Origin: Candidatus Poribacteria bacterium
GTDB taxonomy: Bacteria; Poribacteria; WGA-4E; WGA-3G
Assembly (NCBI GenBank): GCA_965214095.1
Contig: OZ243938.1
Coordinates: 3,360,001-3,424,000, forward strand
Direction: 5' to 3'
Length of the DNA: 64,000 nucleotides
The translations under genes were made by a program, and so were the position numbers. This document shows, in pieces, positions 61,322-64,000 of the stretch. A model generated the notes under the pieces. It made no database searches and was not told the DNA's origin. It worked only from the letters and a program-made list of their open reading frames with translations. Each line of letters opens with the position of its first letter. Position 1 is the first letter of the stretch.

Positions 61322-62680
61322 TTATCTGCCGACTCCTATGTAATAGAAGCCTGCGTCAGTTGCCTCTTGTGGTGAGAAAACGTTGCGTCCATCAATGAGG
61401 ATTGGTGTTTTCATGTGTTTTGCAAGTTTGCGTAGATCCAGTCTATGATATTGTTCCCATTCAGTGACAAGGAGAAGCGCGTCTGCATTGTGTGAGAGTT
61501 GGTGAACATCTTCAATGTAGTCTATATTGATGTCACTTAGGGTTTGCTTTGTATTTGGTATTGCAATGGGGTCATGTGCGCGGATGTTTGCACCTTCTGC
61601 AACGAGATGGCGGATTATGTCAAGTGCGGGTGCTTCTCGGATGTCGTCTGTATTTGGCTTAAAGGCAAGTCCGAGGATTCCGATAGTTTTGCCGTTAAGT
61701 GTTTTTAGCACGGTTTTCAGTTTTTGGACGATGCGTTTTCGTTGTTCAAAATTGACTGTGCGTGCAGCTTCAGTGATTGGCATTTGGTATCCTGCTTGTG
61801 CGGCGACACGTAATAGGGCTGCAGTATCTTTTGGATAGCAGCTGCCACCCCACCCGAGACCTGCACGGAGGAATCTGGGTCCGATACGGGTGTCAAGACC
61901 GATGCCGCGTGCCACTTCTGTTACATCGGCACCGACTTCTTCACAGAGTCCTGCGATTTCGTTTATGAAGCTGATTTTGAGTGCCAGAAAGGTGTTGGCG
62001 GCATATTTTATCATTTCAGCACTGTTCGGGTCTGTTGTCATCATCGGTGGGAGGTGGTAAGAGGGTGGACGTGACAACATAGTGGGTGGATCGAATGTCT
62101 GCTCCAGAATGGGTTGATAGAGTCTGCGTAATGCGTCTAATGCATCATTGTTGTTTGCTCCGACAACTATTCTATCCGGATAGAATGCTCCTTGAAGTGC
62201 TAAACCTTCCTGTAAAAACTCTGGATTTGAAGCGATAGATATATTCCCTTGGATTTTGCGTTCTGCAAACACATCTTCAACGACTTCTGCGACACGTTTG
62301 TTTGTGCCAATTGGGACGGTGGATTTGATGACAAGTGTATAGTGTCTATTCGGTAGGCATACTTGTGCCACTTCTCTTGCAGCTTGTTCAACGTGTCGTG
62401 TATCTGCTTCTCCATCAATTTTTGGTGGTGTGCCAACAGCGATCATGATCAGTTCTGCATCTGGAACGACTTCAGTAACGGTCGGTGTGAAACGGATGGT
62501 ATGCCCCACTTCGTCAAGAAGCGATTGTATGCCGGGTTCATGGATAGGACTTTTGCCTTCTTGTAAGAGAGTTAACTTTGTGTTGTCTTTGTCCACAGCA
62601 GAAACATTGTGGTTTAGATAGGCAAGCACCACGGCGGTTGTTAGTCCTACGTATCCTGTTCCGATGATTGTTATTTTCAT
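61322..62680 (-). CDS. ugd: UDP-glucose 6-dehydrogenase
   Basis: IIGTGYVG, KSTVP, SNPEFL, GGSCYPKD and FKPNTDD motifs. Confidence 0.92.
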   Translation of the reverse strand: MKITIIGTGYVGLTTAVVLAYLNHNVSAVDKDNTKLTLLQEGKSPIHEPGIQSLLDEVGHTIRFTPTVTEVVPDAELIMIAVGTPPKIDGEADTRHVEQAAREVAQVCLPNRHYTLVIKSTVPIGTNKRVAEVVEDVFAERKIQGNISIASNPEFLQEGLALQGAFYPDRIVVGANNNDALDALRRLYQPILEQTFDPPTMLSRPPSYHLPPMMTTDPNSAEMIKYAANTFLALKISFINEIAGLCEEVGADVTEVARGIGLDTRIGPRFLRAGLGWGGSCYPKDTAALLRVAAQAGYQMPITEAARTVNFEQRKRIVQKLKTVLKTLNGKTIGILGLAFKPNTDDIREAPALDIIRHLVAEGANIRAHDPIAIPNTKQTLSDINIDYIEDVHQLSHNADALLLVTEWEQYHRLDLRKLAKHMKTPILIDGRNVFSPQEATDAGFYYIGVGR

Positions 62681-62787
62681 ATATTCCTCAAGTGAAAATT
62701 TCTCGGTGATGTCGGGGTAATTTATATACGGTTTGAAATTGTATGTCAATTATATCATATAAAGAGTCTTTTTTGAAGTTGCATGTT

Positions 62788-62979
62788 CAGGGTTATTTAG
62801 TTTTAATAATTTTCAATCGATGAACGTTACTAAGAGTTTATATCGTAGGTCGGGTAGAGCGTTAGCGAAACCCGACACGTTCAATGCTTGTTGGGTTTCG
62901 CTAACGCTCTACCCGACCTACAGATGTTATATTGAAATGTGAAAAATATAGCAGAAAAACCGAAAACTAAATAACCCTG
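62788..62979. mobile_element. 192-bp CAGGG MITE with REP pair
   Basis: Perfect 17-bp TIRs, 9-bp duplication TTG(C/T)ATGTT. Confidence 0.85.
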
Positions 62980-63127
62980 TTGTATGTTCTTTTTGATTAA
63001 AGTGATGTTGAATGGATCTTCGTCCGTACAGAGAATCATTTGAAATCTGTGCTGAATTTCTGTATAATTTGATAGACTTAATATACATAATTCATAAATA
63101 TAAACATTGAACTTGGAGGTGTTTATC

Positions 63128-63825
63128 GTGTTATTTGGTTGGATAGACCCGATGTATTTCGTCTATATTGGTCCTGGACTTATCTTATCACTGTATGCGA
63201 CATGGAAGACGAAATCCACATTTTCTAAATATTCAAAAGTCGGTTCACGGAATCGTATGACCGGTGCACAAGCGGCTGCACAGATGCTGCAAAGAAACGG
63301 AATTAGTAATGTCAAAATAGAACATACGGGTGGGTGGTTGAGTGATCATTATGACCCGAGACATAAGGTGCTTCGGTTGTCAACGATGTGTATTCGAGCC
63401 ATTCGTTGTCTGCGATTGGGGTTGCATGTCATGAAGCGGGACATGCGATGCAAGATGCACAGGGGTATGCTATGCTGAACCTCCGTAGTGCGCTTGTCCC
63501 TGCGACTAATATTAGTTCGTATTTATCCTATTTTATTATTATAGGTGGAGTTCTTTTCCAATTTAGACCGTTGATGTTAGTGGGAATAGCGTTGTTCTCT
63601 GTTGGGGTGGTGTTTTCGTTGGTGACGCTACCGGTGGAATGGGATGCGAGTCGACGCGCGAGAGTTGCGATGGACGAAGCGGGTATGCTTTCACCGGATG
63701 AGAGTCGGCATGCGAGTAAAGTGCTGAATGCTGCATTTTTGACGTATATGGCTGCAGCCTTAACAAGTTTACTCACACTTCTTTACTATCTGACGCGTTT
63801 TGGTCTTTTGGGTGGGGATGATTAG
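63128..63825 (+). pseudogene. YugP-like zinc metallopeptidase, frameshifted near 63382 (possibly a sequencing error)
   Basis: LSDHYDP..LRLS in one frame, ACHEAGHAMQ..TLPVEWDAS..AA.LTY in the next. Confidence 0.8.
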
Positions 63826-63872
63826 TATGATGTGTATGGCGCGGATGGGACCGCGCCAATTTGAACTAACGT

Positions 63873-64000
63873 TCAACCTTTGCTTTCTATGTCAACACCA
63901 GGCCATTGATCGTTGCGTTCTGTAATGTCAACGACGATGCCATCTGGGTCTTCAACTTTGAAAGCGATAGATGGCAAGTCCTCGGATTTAGCATCGTAAG
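63873..64000 (-). CDS. VOC/glyoxalase-family protein, C-terminal part (partial)
   Basis: Hand translation ..FKVEDPDGIVVDITE..WPG..*. Confidence 0.6.
   Translation of the reverse strand, partial: YDAKSEDLPSIAFKVEDPDGIVVDITERNDQWPGVDIESKG

Overview
Bacterial chromosomal window. The gene content (WD40 protein with a 'YTTWGLPEGAKARLGKG' N-terminus, PhyH, sulfatase, a giant TPR/LamG protein, dense REP/MITE repeats) suggests Candidatus Poribacteria, but this is inference. Housekeeping and metabolic genes include dnaE, Rieske/cytochrome b, sppA, leuA, aroF, tyrS, ugd and a Fur-boxed porin-imelysin-diheme iron locus. The main points of interest are: (i) two IS607 elements with pro-Fanzor-type TnpB, each inserted at a GG inside a gene (dnaE and a lipoprotein) so that precise excision restores the ORF, with a shared GRAGG upstream motif and a covarying omegaRNA-like right end; (ii) a putative defence island (44.6-53.4 kb) bracketed by two copies of a SWIM-finger gene plus a [PD-(D/E)XK nuclease-TM-thermonuclease] fusion gene; (iii) an unannotated Phe/Tyr/Trp/Leu-rich leader peptide with an attenuator upstream of aroF-leuA; (iv) many small non-autonomous elements in which REP-like hairpins are wrapped in several different TIR shells, one family making 19-20 bp target duplications. 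No rRNA, tRNA or CRISPR array was seen.
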